Below, piece by piece: positions 13,301 through 25,963 of a stretch of DNA of 64,000 bases. The notes below the pieces were generated by a model. That model saw only the letters and a program-made list of their open reading frames with translations, was not told the origin of the DNA and made no database searches. Every line of letters starts with the position of its first letter. Positions within the stretch are counted from its first letter, which is position 1. The stretch spans positions 118,730,001 through 118,794,000 of the forward strand of contig OX597822.1 in NCBI GenBank assembly GCA_951406725.2, read 5' to 3'. A program made the position numbers and the translations under genes. This DNA comes from Octopus vulgaris (lineage: Eukaryota).

Positions 13301-13749
13301 AAAAAATGAAGTTCGAAAATGCTGCTATATTATACAATTTTTAATTTTTATATATACATTATAACATGTTTCAATTCCTGAAATGAACCTTATCAAAAAA
13401 AGTTATATATAAAAAAAGACAGCTCATGCCGTCAAACACAAGAAATTCATTTATAATACACAACGGAGTCAGACATCTTAAAGTTCAAATATAGTTTGAA
13501 GTAAGTTCATTCATGCTATATGTTCAAAGTGTTCGATGCAGTGGCCCACGGTGGCGATACGTATTCAATACAAAAAACAGATCAAAGTGGTGGAAAGTAG
13601 TCAATACAGAAGATTGATGTTCCCGAAAGAGCGAGGAATTCATTTTTACCTTGAGCAATTGTGATGAACCATGGTGGGTGTTCGCTGGGTGATTCTAGTG
13701 AGTCTTGTGAGTTGTTCGGGTTTTATAATGCCTGTTAGGTGGTCAGTCC

Positions 13750-14115
13750 AGCGTAGCATGACGTCATCAACGTTTTGACCAATCGTTTCGTTAGGTGGCT
13801 TTAGTCAAGCAGAACGGTACGTCATCAAAATTCTGACCAATCGTGACCTATCGCTGTATTATGACTGCCTCTTGTCTGTATCCTGTTTTGACCAGTCGTT
13901 TCGTTAGGTGGCTTAGTCAAGCACAACGGGACGTCATCAAGATTCTGACCAATCACGACTTATAGCTGCATTAGATCTGCCCCCTGTCTGTATTTTGTTA
14001 GGTGACTAGTCAAGCAGAAAGGTACGTCATCAATATTCTGACTAATCTCTGCACCCTGTTTGTATCCTGTCCATTCTAGCAGAACTAGACGTCATCAGCG
14101 TGTTAACCAATCAGA
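13750..14115 (+). promoter_or_regulatory. Putative LDHD promoter: five ACGTCA(CRE)-N12-CCAAT modules
   Basis: ACGTCA starts at 13761, 13819, 13931, 14024 and 14089. CCAAT (CTAAT in copy 4) starts exactly 18 nt later each time. The cluster is 550-900 nt upstream of the LDHD ATG. Confidence 0.6.
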
Positions 14116-14668
14116 ATCGGGTCTGACCCTTAGCTGTATCGTATGTGGTCAGTCCATCAGGGTCAGATTTGCACGAAATAATTTTTTTCCTTTTTTACTA
14201 AGGCATATTTCCGTCAGTGCGAGTGACTGTTTAAGGTAGCGGCCTTATATATATATATATAGATACACACACATAAGTGTGTGTATATATATGTATGTGT
14301 GCGTGTGTGCATGTGTGTGTGGGGTGGTTATGTGCGTGCATGCCAAATTGTTGGCTAAAACAGGCGGTTGGCTGATAAGATAACCAAATGTTAAGAAGCA
14401 ATCATACAGTCTGAAGCCAGTGGTGGGCGTCAAGACGTTTGTTTTCGTCACTGATTATCTCCCCTGCGCAGTTTTTGTCCTTGACTTTGTTTATTCCGAA
14501 ACAGATCCAAGACATTTAATTTACCATCTCGTCTCAGGTAAACAACCAATATTTACCTCAGCAAACGAGCCTAGTTTGCTATTTTTTCAATTTTTTAAAG
14601 CATTTAGCTTATTCAAAACTTGATATTTCCTTCTTTTGTTTTTCTAGTGAATTAGAAACTTTTCAAAA

Positions 14669-14740
14669 ATGGCCTTCAGAGTTCTCAGGTTGGGAAGAAT
14701 TCTGTCCCATTCCGGTGCCATGAGCAGATGTTTGACAACG
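14669..14740 (+). CDS. LDHD: LDHD coding exon 1 (mitochondrial targeting peptide)
   Basis: AAAATGG start and MAFRVLRLGRILSHSGAMSRCLTT, which is Arg/Ser-rich with no acidic residues. Phase-0 GTAAGG donor fits exon 2. An upstream acceptor TTTTCTAG at 14647 suggests a 5' UTR exon (possible donor at 14538). Confidence 0.75.
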
Positions 14741-14927
14741 GTAAGGACTACGGTTTGTTGTTTTTTTTAACCTTAATTATCATTATTATGATTATTATTA
14801 CCTTTGTTTTATCGTATTTTATTGCTATCTGTCCCACTCTTCAATTCATCCGGGAAGAATTAAATATATAAATATATTTGAATACATTAACGTAACTAGT
14901 TTAATTTTCGTGTATACTGCTGATCAG

Positions 14928-14962
<35 letters not shown>

Positions 14963-14971
14963 CATACATAA

Positions 14972-15024
<53 letters not shown>

Positions 15025-16357
15025 CATACATACATAAGTGTATATATATATATGGATATCTATATGTATATATAAGTTCATACAAACATCAATATATACA
15101 CATATATTTGCACACACACATATATGTATATATATTTGGGTGTGCGTGAGTAGATTATCACGGTTATGCACTAACCTATATATATATGTATATATATACA
15201 TATATACATATATATATGTGTGTGTGTGTGTGTGATTCGGCTGTCAAGTTCTATTAGTGACACAAAACCCGAGAGCTTCATTCATTGTATTTAGTCTGCA
15301 CGAAATTTCCATCCGTGGGTCTGTTTTAAGTAACTTTGCAGCCGAATAAAAGATATATATACAATTACGTATTAAGTTGTTTTCCTTTAGTTAGTTTCAA
15401 TACACACACACATGTTCTTTTATAACGAACGAGGAAAAATATTACTCATTGCCATAAAAGAGTTTATTAGTTTACATGTTTAAGTTGATCCAGATGCCCG
15501 TTATTTTAGAGTTAACCCGTTCTCTTCCTGGTTCCACAGCCAGAAATTGAGTGGATCTTGTAAGTTTTCCACTATATTCATCTAACCACACTCTTCGTTT
15601 CGTCTGTAAGTTGCTTAGTTTAGAGTTTTCTGGTGAGCAAAACAATATTTTGTTTTCTAAATCAGTGGGTGATCGGGTGTCTTTCGATTTTGAGACGGAG
15701 GGCTGAATGGTTTCTGCTCGTCTAAAGTGCTCTGCCGGACTTAGTTGTTCGAAGTAGTTTATAACAACCTGTTGAAGAAGTACTCAATGCTATGGTAGTG
15801 TCATAGTTTATTTAGATTGACCCAGTAACATTGTGTGTTTGTGTGTGTCTGTAGCCTGACGTAAACAGGGTTACATTTCTAAAGACAGTTTTCTTCACTC
15901 GGCTTTCTGGTCACCTGTACAAGCAATATGTAGGGTCCACCAAAAAGTCGGGAGAACGAAACTATTCTTTTGGAAATATTAACTTGTATAGGAAGATTGC
16001 ACATTTTAAAATATTGTTTGGATAAGCGTTTGTAAGATCTTCTATCGCGCACGCTTGATAGATAAATAGATAGATAGATAGATAGACAGAGAGAACGAAG
16101 GGATTTTCTAAAATTGGTGAAACGAAATGTTTTAAAGATGCTATTCTATAATTAAATATACATGTGCACTTGTGGAGTTCTGTAATCACATTCATTGGCT
16201 TATAATCACAAGAAACTGTGCTCAGATGCGAGTGACTGATATGTCAGGACTTAGGACTTTCACCTGAAGCAGTCACTGAGGAAACCATTTGAAGGGAAGC
16301 ATTTACATACACATTCGCAAAGATATACTGTGTGTATGTTTTATGTATATTTGTAAA

Positions 16358-17197
16358 CAGGGTGCGATGGGTAAATTGTCGCTATTATATATTTTTATAA
16401 AGCACCATCTGAACGTGACCGATGCCAGACTCCCCTGGCCCCTGTGCCGGTGGCACGTAAAAAGCACCCACTATACTCACAGAGTGGTTGACATTAGGAA
16501 GGGCATCCAGCTGTAGAAACACTGCCAGATCAGACTGGAGCCTGGTGCAGCCTCCTGGCTTCCCAGACCCCGGTCGAACTGTCCAACCCATGCTAGCATG
16601 GAAAACGGACGTTAAATGATGATGATGATGATGATTTTCGCTGTTATGCCTCCATTCATCTTTCCACATGGACTCAGACTCAACACGGAGAATTACATCA
16701 AGTGCCTGGAGGAGATAGTCCTACCCTGGGTCAAGAGAGTAGTTGCTGGAAGATCCTACGTCTCACAACAGGACTCTACACCATGTCACACAAGCATGAG
16801 AACCCAATCTTGGCTGTCAGACAATTTCTGCGACCACATCACCCCTAACATCTGGCCACCTAACTCCCCACACTGCAAGTCTCTTGGTTATTATGTGCGG
16901 GTCGTAGTTGAGCGAGAGACCAACAAAACTCCTTGTAACACCAAAGATGAACAGAAGGAAGGGATTATGGCAGCATTCCCCAACTTAAACAAGGAGACCA
17001 CCCAGAATTGTTGCAGGAGATTCTGAAGTCGTCTGGAGGCCATGGTTGAAGCCAATGGCGATTTTATTGGATACATTTACTCTTTAGTATTTCAAGATAT
17101 TTTTATGTAATTGTGGTTAACATATCTGTTAAAATGAGATGTCAGTATTATTTTCATTTTTGCGTAATTTAGGCAATAATTTATTCCCTGCAACCTG
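16358..17197 (+). mobile_element. Internally deleted Tc1/mariner (maT, DD37D-type) DNA transposon
   Basis: Termini CAGGGTGCGATGGGTAAATT / ATTTATTCCCTGCAACCTG-TA. The ORF QQDSTPCH...WPPNSP...L(G)YYV has 37 residues between the catalytic positions. An RTE tail is inserted at 16400-16633. Confidence 0.75.
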
Positions 17198-19088
17198 TAT
17201 ATATATTTATACTACTATAAATACCAACACAAACATAAATTATTAGCTTGTCCGTTGTCGTCGACGATGGGGAAGAACATTACATGGGAGACGATGGAGC
17301 ACAGTGTGTCCAGCTGTGGCCAGTCAGTCTGATGCATGCCTGGAAGGCTCTGCTACAGCTTTGGAACTGAAGACAAAGAACTGGCTCTGTATTTGCATAG
17401 TTTTTTCTGCCCTTACAGTCCCGTTCTGTTTGTAGAAGGTAGCACCTCTTTTGATTCATCTTCACTAGGCAGGACGGCCTTGTGCAGGGGTTGATCCCAA
17501 AGCTCTTCAGTGAGGCTTTCAGTGTGTCCCAGAAGCATTTTTCTGTCCATCTTGTGTGCACTTGCCTTTTGCCAGTTCACTATAAAACAGTCTCTTGGAG
17601 AGTTGCATGTCAGGCTTTCACTCAAGGTGGCCTGCCTGCCCACCTTGTGCTCTTCACATGAACATGAATATACTGTCATCCTTTACTTGTATGTCTGCTT
17701 TTTGTCTCATCTTTTAACCTTTTCCAACAAGTTGTGACGCATCTGTATACAATAAACTGAATATTATTAAATAGACAAATAACTATTGACATTTGAGTCT
17801 GATGAATACTGGGTTATTTTCTTTCCACATTTTGACCTTTGGATTTTGCTATAATGGGTCAGTTATTTGTTCAAGGTTTGCAGTAAAATAGATGAATATA
17901 TCAAAGTCTTGTCAAGGCATAGGAGTGGCTGTGTGGTAAGTAGCTTTCTTACCAACCACATGGTTCCAGGTACAAACTAACAAAGTTGTAGAATATCTTT
18001 GATTGGGCGTATACAAACCAGTGAAGTTATATCAGATTTCTACTAACAAAGTTGTTTAACTAGATATATTACAATTAAGGTAATATAATATTTCTGACTG
18101 TGACCAAAGAAGTTATAAAATACCATTGCCTGGATTATAGTTGCTGGTAGTTTCACACTGCTGTGGAATGCAATGAAGCAGAACACTCAATACTATTAGG
18201 CAGTGTGGAATAATATTATTTGAAGTTGAGTCTGCATGTTGAGTCTGTTTCCTGTTACTGGTCTTCAGGAGAGTTTCTTTGCCTTAATTAAGTCAGGGCC
18301 TAACGCACTTAATGTAGAGAGTAAAGGGAAGTGCTACAACAACTTAGGTTACACTGAGTGGCTGTGTGGTAGGTAGCTTGCTTACCAACCACATGGTTCC
18401 GGGTTCAGTCCCACTGCGTGGCACCTTGGGTAAGTGTCTTCTACCATAGCCTCGGGCTGACCAAAGCCTTGTGAGTGGAGTTGGTAGACGGAAACTGAAA
18501 GAAGCCCGTCGTGTATATGTATATATATATATATGTGTCTGTGTGTGTTTGTGTGTCTGTTTGTCCTCCCAACATCACTTGACAACCGATGCTGGTGTGT
18601 TTATGTCCCCGTAACTTGGCAGTTCGGCAAAAGAGACTGATAGAATAAGTTCTAGGCTTACAAAGAATAAGTCCTGGGGTCGATTTGCTCGACTAAAGAT
18701 GGTGCTCCAGCATGGCCGCAGTCAATTGATTGAAACAAATGAAAGAGTAAAGAGCAGTAATAATAATAATAATAATAATAATAATTTCAAATTTTGGTAC
18801 AAGGCCAGCAATATTGGGAGGTGGTTAAGTTGATTACGTTGATCTCGGTGCTTGACTGGTACTTATTTGATCTACCCCGAAAGGATGAAAGGGGTTGATA
18901 AAATAAGCTTGCATAGGTCGGATGGAATTTGTTGAGGCAACTTTCTGCTTCCTTTCACACATCAAGGTAACATTTTCCTGTGTCCAGATATGCTTTTACA
19001 GAATACTGAAAATAAATGAAAGCTTGTATGACTGTCATTTACAACTATCACTTTGATGTCAAGACAAGGTGAGACAAATATACACACT

Positions 19089-19147
<59 letters not shown>

Positions 19148-19198
19148 TTCAATTTGAAGACTCCACTAGAATGGACGAAAGCGCTGATATATGATATA

Positions 19199-19712
19199 TC
19201 TATATATATAAAACTGTAGTTGTGTGAGTGTCTGTCCCCTTCGATTTAGATTCCTAACTACTCCCACATTTTGCGGTGCAGTTTAACCAAATTCGGGTAT
19301 CTTATAGTCGTGATTCATATCGAGCCCGTCTGGCTATTAGCGCGCGTCTACGATGAGTCTACGATTTAAAAAATAATTTAACATCATTTTTTATTCTATT
19401 TTAATGCATAATTTTTCGTGTGTCGATGGCGGCGGAGTTGGCGTCCACGCTCAAACACCTGCACCTGTGTTTGCTTCTCCCCCTTCTTCCCTCCCTCGTG
19501 AAGCTGTGGGGAAGGGAGTGTAAGGAAATCAACGTCGTAAAGCGTTGTCAAGGAGACCAGCGTTCTTTTAGAACGACTTCATGGCTTGAAGACACCAAAA
19601 CAGAAATGGCTAAGAAAGCCCGAATTGGTATCTATAAGGGAAGTAACTCTCTAAAAATGCTTATATAGTTATTTCCCTTACAAACCCGAGCAACGCTGGG
19701 CAATACTGCTAG
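19199..19712 (+). mobile_element. Non-autonomous Helitron
   Basis: 5' TC, 3' hairpin CCCGAGCAACGCTGGG followed by CTAG, and insertion between A and T. Paralogous copy at 31880-32379. Confidence 0.75.
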
Positions 19713-22700
19713 TGATGTATAAAAACATGTAATATACAAATAAATATCTGTAAATATAAAACCATCTGAATTTCTGAGTACGTCATTTCTTCTAATATAA
19801 AATACCTGTACATCATCTCCAAACCTTCTCATCGTTTAGCGTCCGCTTTCCGTGCTAGCATGGGTTGGACGGTTCAACTGGGGTCTGGGAAGCCTGGAGA
19901 CTGCACCAGGCTCCAGTCTGATCTGGCAGTGTTTCTACAGCTGGATGCCCTTCCTAACGCCAACCACTCTGTGAGTGTAGTGGGTGCTTTTTATGTGCCA
20001 TCCGCACAGGTGTCAGACGGAGCTGGCAAACGGCCACGGACGGATGGTGCTTTTTACGTGCCACCAGCACGGGGGCCAGGCGAGGCTGGCAACGGCCACG
20101 ATCAGATGGTGCTTTTTACGTGCCACCGGCACAGGGGCCCGGTGAGACATATAAATAGATATATGTTTTTTTATGAATATTTTACTGTTCAGTTTATAGA
20201 CCCCCAACCCACCCAACTGTTAGCAAATATTGTTTTGAGAATAAGTTACCCAATCGAATTCAAATGTTTATTCATCAAATTGAATTTTTATCAATTCATA
20301 GATTACATGTACCATCACAGTTTTATTCCAGTCTTCATCACAACTGTCCAACGAATGGAAACGTGAAACTCTGAATAGGTTTTGTGATGTTTTTGCAGCT
20401 TTTATAAAAAAGCAAATTACTCTACCTTTGGTATTTGAGTACTATTTTTTCCCACCTTGTTTTGCATTTATATACTTACTTTTGTATATATATCATCATC
20501 ATCGTTTAACGTCCGCATTCCATGCTAGCATGGGTTGGACGATTTGACTGAGGGCTGGCGAACCAGATGGCTGCACCAGGCTCCAGTCTTGATCTGGCAG
20601 GGATTCTACAGCTGGATGCCCTTCCTAACGCCAACCACTCCGAGAGTGTAGTGGGTGCTTTTTACGTGCCACTGGCATGGGGGCCAGTCAGGTGGTACTG
20701 GCATTCACCTCGCTCGAATCTTTTTACATGTGCCACTGGCACAGGTGCCAGTGAAGCGGCACACATATATAAGTTTCTTTCAGTTTTTGTCTACAAACCT
20801 ACTTGCAAGGCTTTGCTCATCTTGGGGCTTTAGTAGAAGACTCTTGCTCAAGGTGCCACACAGTGGGACTGAACCTGAAACCATGTGGTTGGGAAGCAAA
20901 CTGACTGCTATATTTTCACTTTCTCCTCTATACTCCTAATGTAACCATTCTCTTTATAAACTTTATTTATGATGAGTTTATGAGTAGAATGTTATATTGC
21001 TTCTCTATTACACAGCTTGTGATCTTCCTCAATACTTTTTGGAAAATATACATTCTTAAGGAAATTTATGTGTAGAAAGGACAAAATGTCTGGAATTATT
21101 GAGTCCTTGTTCTGTAAATAAAATCAAATGATACATTGCTTTACTTTATCATCATCATCAGCATCATTTAATGTCTGTTTTCTATGCTGCTATGAGTTGG
21201 ACAGTTTGGAAGGAACTGGTAAGCAAGAGAACCGTGCTGTGCTCCGATGTTTCCTTTGGCCTAGTTTCTACAGCTGGATGCCATTTCTAAAGCCAACTAC
21301 TTTACAGAGTGTACCTGGGTACTGCTTTTTGTAGTACCATTGCTAATAAGGTCACCAAGTAACTTGCAAGACATAATTCCTCAACTAAGTAGTGAAGGTA
21401 TAGTTTTGAGGGAATTAGAAGAATGAGAGAGAGAGAGAGAGGAACTGATGTTTAACCGAAGAGGAGATACATAGCTTCTCCAGCTGGAAAGAGAGAAGAT
21501 GGAGAGAGTATACACTCAAGGTACAAGGTGAATATAAAAGAGAGGATAGAGAAAGAGTGGGTGGGTAGGAGAGTGTGAAAGGATGGTTAGAGATGAGAAT
21601 TGAGATGGATGTAGTGAATGGGGTAGACGGGTGGAGGCATGATCATTGGTGAATATCAGTTTTGAAAGCAGTTGGGGAAATGGAAATGGGCCAGGGAGGA
21701 GAAGGAGGAAGAGGAGGTGTTAGGAGACATTAATAAGATGATTTGAAGTGTGTTTGTGTGTGTAGGGGGGGATAAATGGTATAATTTACAGCACCAGAGT
21801 CAATATTTTACACCTGGGAAGTTCTTAGAGACCTATGATAGGGAATCTGTGGTATCTGTGTTGGAAGAAATATCGGTTTCAAATTATGTAAATTACTAAA
21901 ATGTAAGGAAGTATGTGGTTATTAACCAGTGTATATGAATGTGTGTATGCACATGTATGGTTGCGTGTGAGTGTGTATGTAAGTAATCACTAATCTGGTT
22001 TCAAATTATGACACAAGGCCAGCAATTTCGGGGGAAGTGGGTAAGTTGATTACATCGACCCCAGTGTTCAACTGGTACTTATTTTATTGACCCCGAAATG
22101 ATGAAAGGCAAAGTTGACCTTGGCAGAATTTGAACTCAGAACATAAGGATGTACAAAATGCCGCTAAGAATTTTGCTTGGCATACTTACAATTCTGCCAG
22201 CTCGTCGCCTTACATGTTGGAAGAAATATTCCTAAGGGAAAGGGGATGGAATTTTTTGAAAAACCCCTCTGAGGTCACTATGAAACAACATTGCATACAA
22301 TTTTGATAATGAGTTCAGAGTATCAATAGGACGTCGCAGATGTCCCTGGCTTCATAGGCTGAGGCCTGTGCTATGAAGTCTCATATGCGCATATCTAATT
22401 CCATTCCTGCTTAAATGCTACTCTTACTATTCTCCACACGAGAAACACTATATTGACATTCGTTACCTTTTCTTTCTATCTTATCAAACAACTATTTAGG
22501 CACTGGCATACTCTTCACCTGGCCTGCTTGCATTAATGAGTATTGCTACCTACCTTGAATTTAATGTACATTCAACTATTTCATAGTGAAGGCGCCTGGC
22601 TTAGTGGTTAGGGTATTCAATTCACGATTGTAAGGTCGTGAGTTGTATTTTGCAAACTTTCTGAATTTAATATAAAATCTTTATATATAAAGCTGAAGTT

Positions 22701-23252
22701 GTCTGTGTGTGGCAGGTTTGGTAGGCTTCAACTAACACTATCTCCTCCGAGACCCTGTGGCACAAGTTGACCAAAATTGAGAGTATGATAGAAGAAGGCT
22801 TGCTCTTCATTCCGTAGAAGAAAAAATTCAAATCGGACCATGTTAACACCAAAAATTATTTACATCAAAAAGGTGCTTTTTTCCTATGAAAATCTCTATT
22901 TTTTACGATTTTTTTACTGCTGTGTCGCCATTTTTCTGTGTATTTCAACCAGAAAAATGTTCACTCAAAGAGAATAACAAGCTACATAATGCAAAATTAT
23001 TACTTTTCAAAAATTCCAATTCTAAAGGGTCGAAAAGACCCAAGCAAATACAAATGGTAGTTGCAGCAATGTGCTGTGACAACGCATGATTTTTATGGAT
23101 GTTTGGCTTCTCTTTCTAGCTGGTTGAACAGCTGGATAGAGGTTCTTTGTTGGTTCAGACGGTTGACCATTTGTTGTTAGGTGCAGTGTGGCAAGCAGAT
23201 CAGAATACGCTATGAACTCTTTAATTTAGCTTCATTTCACATCACATTTACC

Positions 23253-23292
<40 letters not shown>

Positions 23293-24042
23293 GCTGCCCT
23301 GATGCAATACCAGGCAGTGGCTCTCATGGCTTCTGATCTTAACTGATTGGAAGTGTTATCATGTACACGTTTTGTCTTGGTATAAAAGATGGGCTACAGC
23401 AAATATTCTGCTCAATACCACAGATTTGCTTGTTAGTTGCTTGATCCTTAACCAGTTGAGCATGTCCCTTAGTGGCTGATGATATGTGCATATCTGAGCT
23501 GGAGTAGTGTGGAAGCATCATAGCCATGTGTTAAGGGGACTTTTTTGGCATTTGAATAATTCACTGCTAGAAACCATTAGTGTTTCATTCATCATCCTGA
23601 AACAAACCTTATTCAGGGACCTTTTGAGTGGGACAAGCTACTTGACTTGAAGATAATTCTGGGTGTGAAGAAGTATTTCTGAAATGACAGGTGCTGCATT
23701 GTTTGAAAATTTAGAAGCATGATCATGAATGGTAGAGGTACTGAATTCAAAAAGGTAACTAAAATTGTTGGGTGGATAATCTTGTGGGCTTCTATCAAGT
23801 CACCTGTTAGATGCCAAAACTTCCATGTGTTGGTGCTGAAAGAAGCAACACCTTTAAGATATGTGGATGTATTTAAAATTGAAGATTAGTCAGCTGTGGT
23901 TTTGATCTTACTCAAGATGTCTGCATGCATCAATATAATAGTTCCCAAACTTTCTGTTTGAAATTTTTGGTTTTTTATTGAAAGGCAGTAAACTTTGTTG
24001 TATTGTGCTATGACTTCTTTCAAAATGGTTGTATTTTCTCAG

Positions 24043-24170
24043 GTACCTAATAGTCAAAAGCAACTACCAGACAGTGTTGTGGAAGATCTTCGCTCTATAG
24101 TCGGCAAAGAAAATGTGAGCATAGCATTTGCTGTTCGAGAACAACACGGACACGATGAATCTTACCATAA
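24043..24170 (+). CDS. LDHD: LDHD exon 2
   Basis: TTTTCTCAG| VPNSQKQLPDSVVEDLRSIVGKENVSIAFAVREQHGHDESYH(K) |GTAAGA. Matches LDHD AVREQHGxDES; 128 nt, phase 0 to 2. Confidence 0.92.
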
Positions 24171-24251
24171 GTAAGATTTCTAAAGTTCTACTTTTGTACA
24201 TTAATATATTTATACGAATCATTGCTCTTTAGAAAAACTTTTTTTTTCTTT

Positions 24252-24654
24252 CGAAAGGTAATCTTAATCTCCAACTTAATGTAGAGGTGATATTGGAACA
24301 CAGAATACTGCATCATTTACCTTGAGAGGGTCTCTCATATGGCCTCATGGTGCATAGAAGCACTGTTATATATCATTGGCAGACGAGAATCATCTGCTAT
24401 GGTTTTCTGAATTGTCAGGTTACATGTGGCTGTTGTTGCTGTTGGACGTCTGTCACTGAGGAACCCATAGGAGGGTGAAATCACATGATCTAGCACTCCC
24501 AGTAGCCATAGCAGTTGGTTCTCATCTGTCAACGATATAACAGTGCTTTTACACACTATGATTCCTTATGAGAGGTTCTCTCAAGATAAATAATGCAGTA
24601 TTCTGTGTTCTAACACAACCTCCACATTAAGTTGGAGATCAAAGTTACCGTTTG
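24252..24654. mobile_element. MITE/fold-back element with ~85-bp imperfect TIRs
   Basis: ATCTCCAACTTAATGTAGAGG...GAGAGGGTCTCTCATA is the reverse complement of TATGAGAGGTTCTCTC...CCTCCACATTAAGTTGGAGAT. Confidence 0.7.
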
Positions 24655-25821
24655 GTATTAATATCGCTTCTGCCACTATTGATTATTTCTTTCTTTCATT
24701 TACTGTTTATAGGCTCCGTGCTAGTGGCACGTAAAAAGCACCATTTGAGTGTGATCGTTACCAGCGTCGCCTTACTGGCACATGAATAAAACATTTGAGC
24801 AATGTTATTGGCAGTGCCGCTGGACTAACTACTGTGCAGGTGGCATGTAAAAGCACCCACTACACTCTCAGAGTGGTTGGTGTTAGGAAGGGCATCCAGC
24901 TTTAGAAACTCTGCCAGATCAAGGCTGGAGCCTGGTGCAGCCATCTGGTTCACCAGTCCTCAGTCATTCGTCCAACCCATGCTAGCATGGAAAGCGGATG
25001 TTAAACGATGTTGATGATGATGTAACCTTTTACTGATTGAACTCCTTTACTTCATAAAAACTACTTTAGAGAACTTGAAAAGCTTAGGCGTTGCTGCTCT
25101 CATTCAGAATGACAAATAAACATAACATGGTTGCTTTTTCACTTCTTAGATTCTTCATAATTAGGGGTTCACAATTTAGACTCTTTATGATTTAGAGTAC
25201 ACAGCTTTTAGAGTACACAGAAGTTAGAGACAGAAGAATATACTAAAGGTCCATCTATCACTCATCATCATCATTTAACGTCCGCTTTCCATGCTAGCAT
25301 GGGTTGGACAGTTTCACTGAGGGCTGGTGAACCAGACTCCAATCTGATCTGGCAGAGTTTCCACAGCTGGATGCCCTTCTTAATGCCAACCACTCCGAGA
25401 ATATAGTGGGTGCTTTTTACGTGCCACCGGAATGGGGGCCAGTCAGGCGGTACTGGCAATGACCTTGATCGAATCTTTTACATATGCCACCGGCACAGGT
25501 GCCAGTAAGGTAATGCAGGTAACGATCACGCTCGAATGATGCCTTCTACATGTCACTGGCACGGAAGCCATTTAGCCACTCTGACAACGATCGCACTCGG
25601 ATGGCGCTCTTAGCACCCTACTAGCACGGGCTTTATTTAACTCTTTAGACAGGAGTTGGGGGATGGTTAACTAAGTTAATGTTTTATGCCAATAGTATGA
25701 ATTTGAACTGTGATTAACCAATGGTTGGAGTTTTCTGTGGATTTGTCTCTCTTATTGATACATAATTATAATTTGGTAATGCAGCTGAACTGTATAAATG
25801 TTTACCTTTATCTTACAACAG

Positions 25822-25963
25822 GTGCTTCCCACCGGATGTAGTTACCTTTGCTAATAGTACAGAAGAGGTTAGTGCTATTGCCAAATACTGTAATAACCAA
25901 CGAATACCTCTCATACCTTTTGGTTCTGGAACTGGCCTGGAAGGTGGAGTAAATGCCACAGTG
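25822..25963 (+). CDS. LDHD: LDHD exon 3 (FAD-binding PP-loop)
   Basis: CAG| CFPPDVVTFANSTEEVSAIAKYCNNQRIPLIPFGSGTGLEGGVNATV |GTGTGT; 142 nt, phase 2 to 0. Confidence 0.95.

Noticed and set aside
13645-13673. Minus-strand mini exon ATGGTTCATCACAATTGCTCAAG|GTAAAA
   Set aside because: Only 7 codons, a weak donor, no recognisable homology and no partner exon found.
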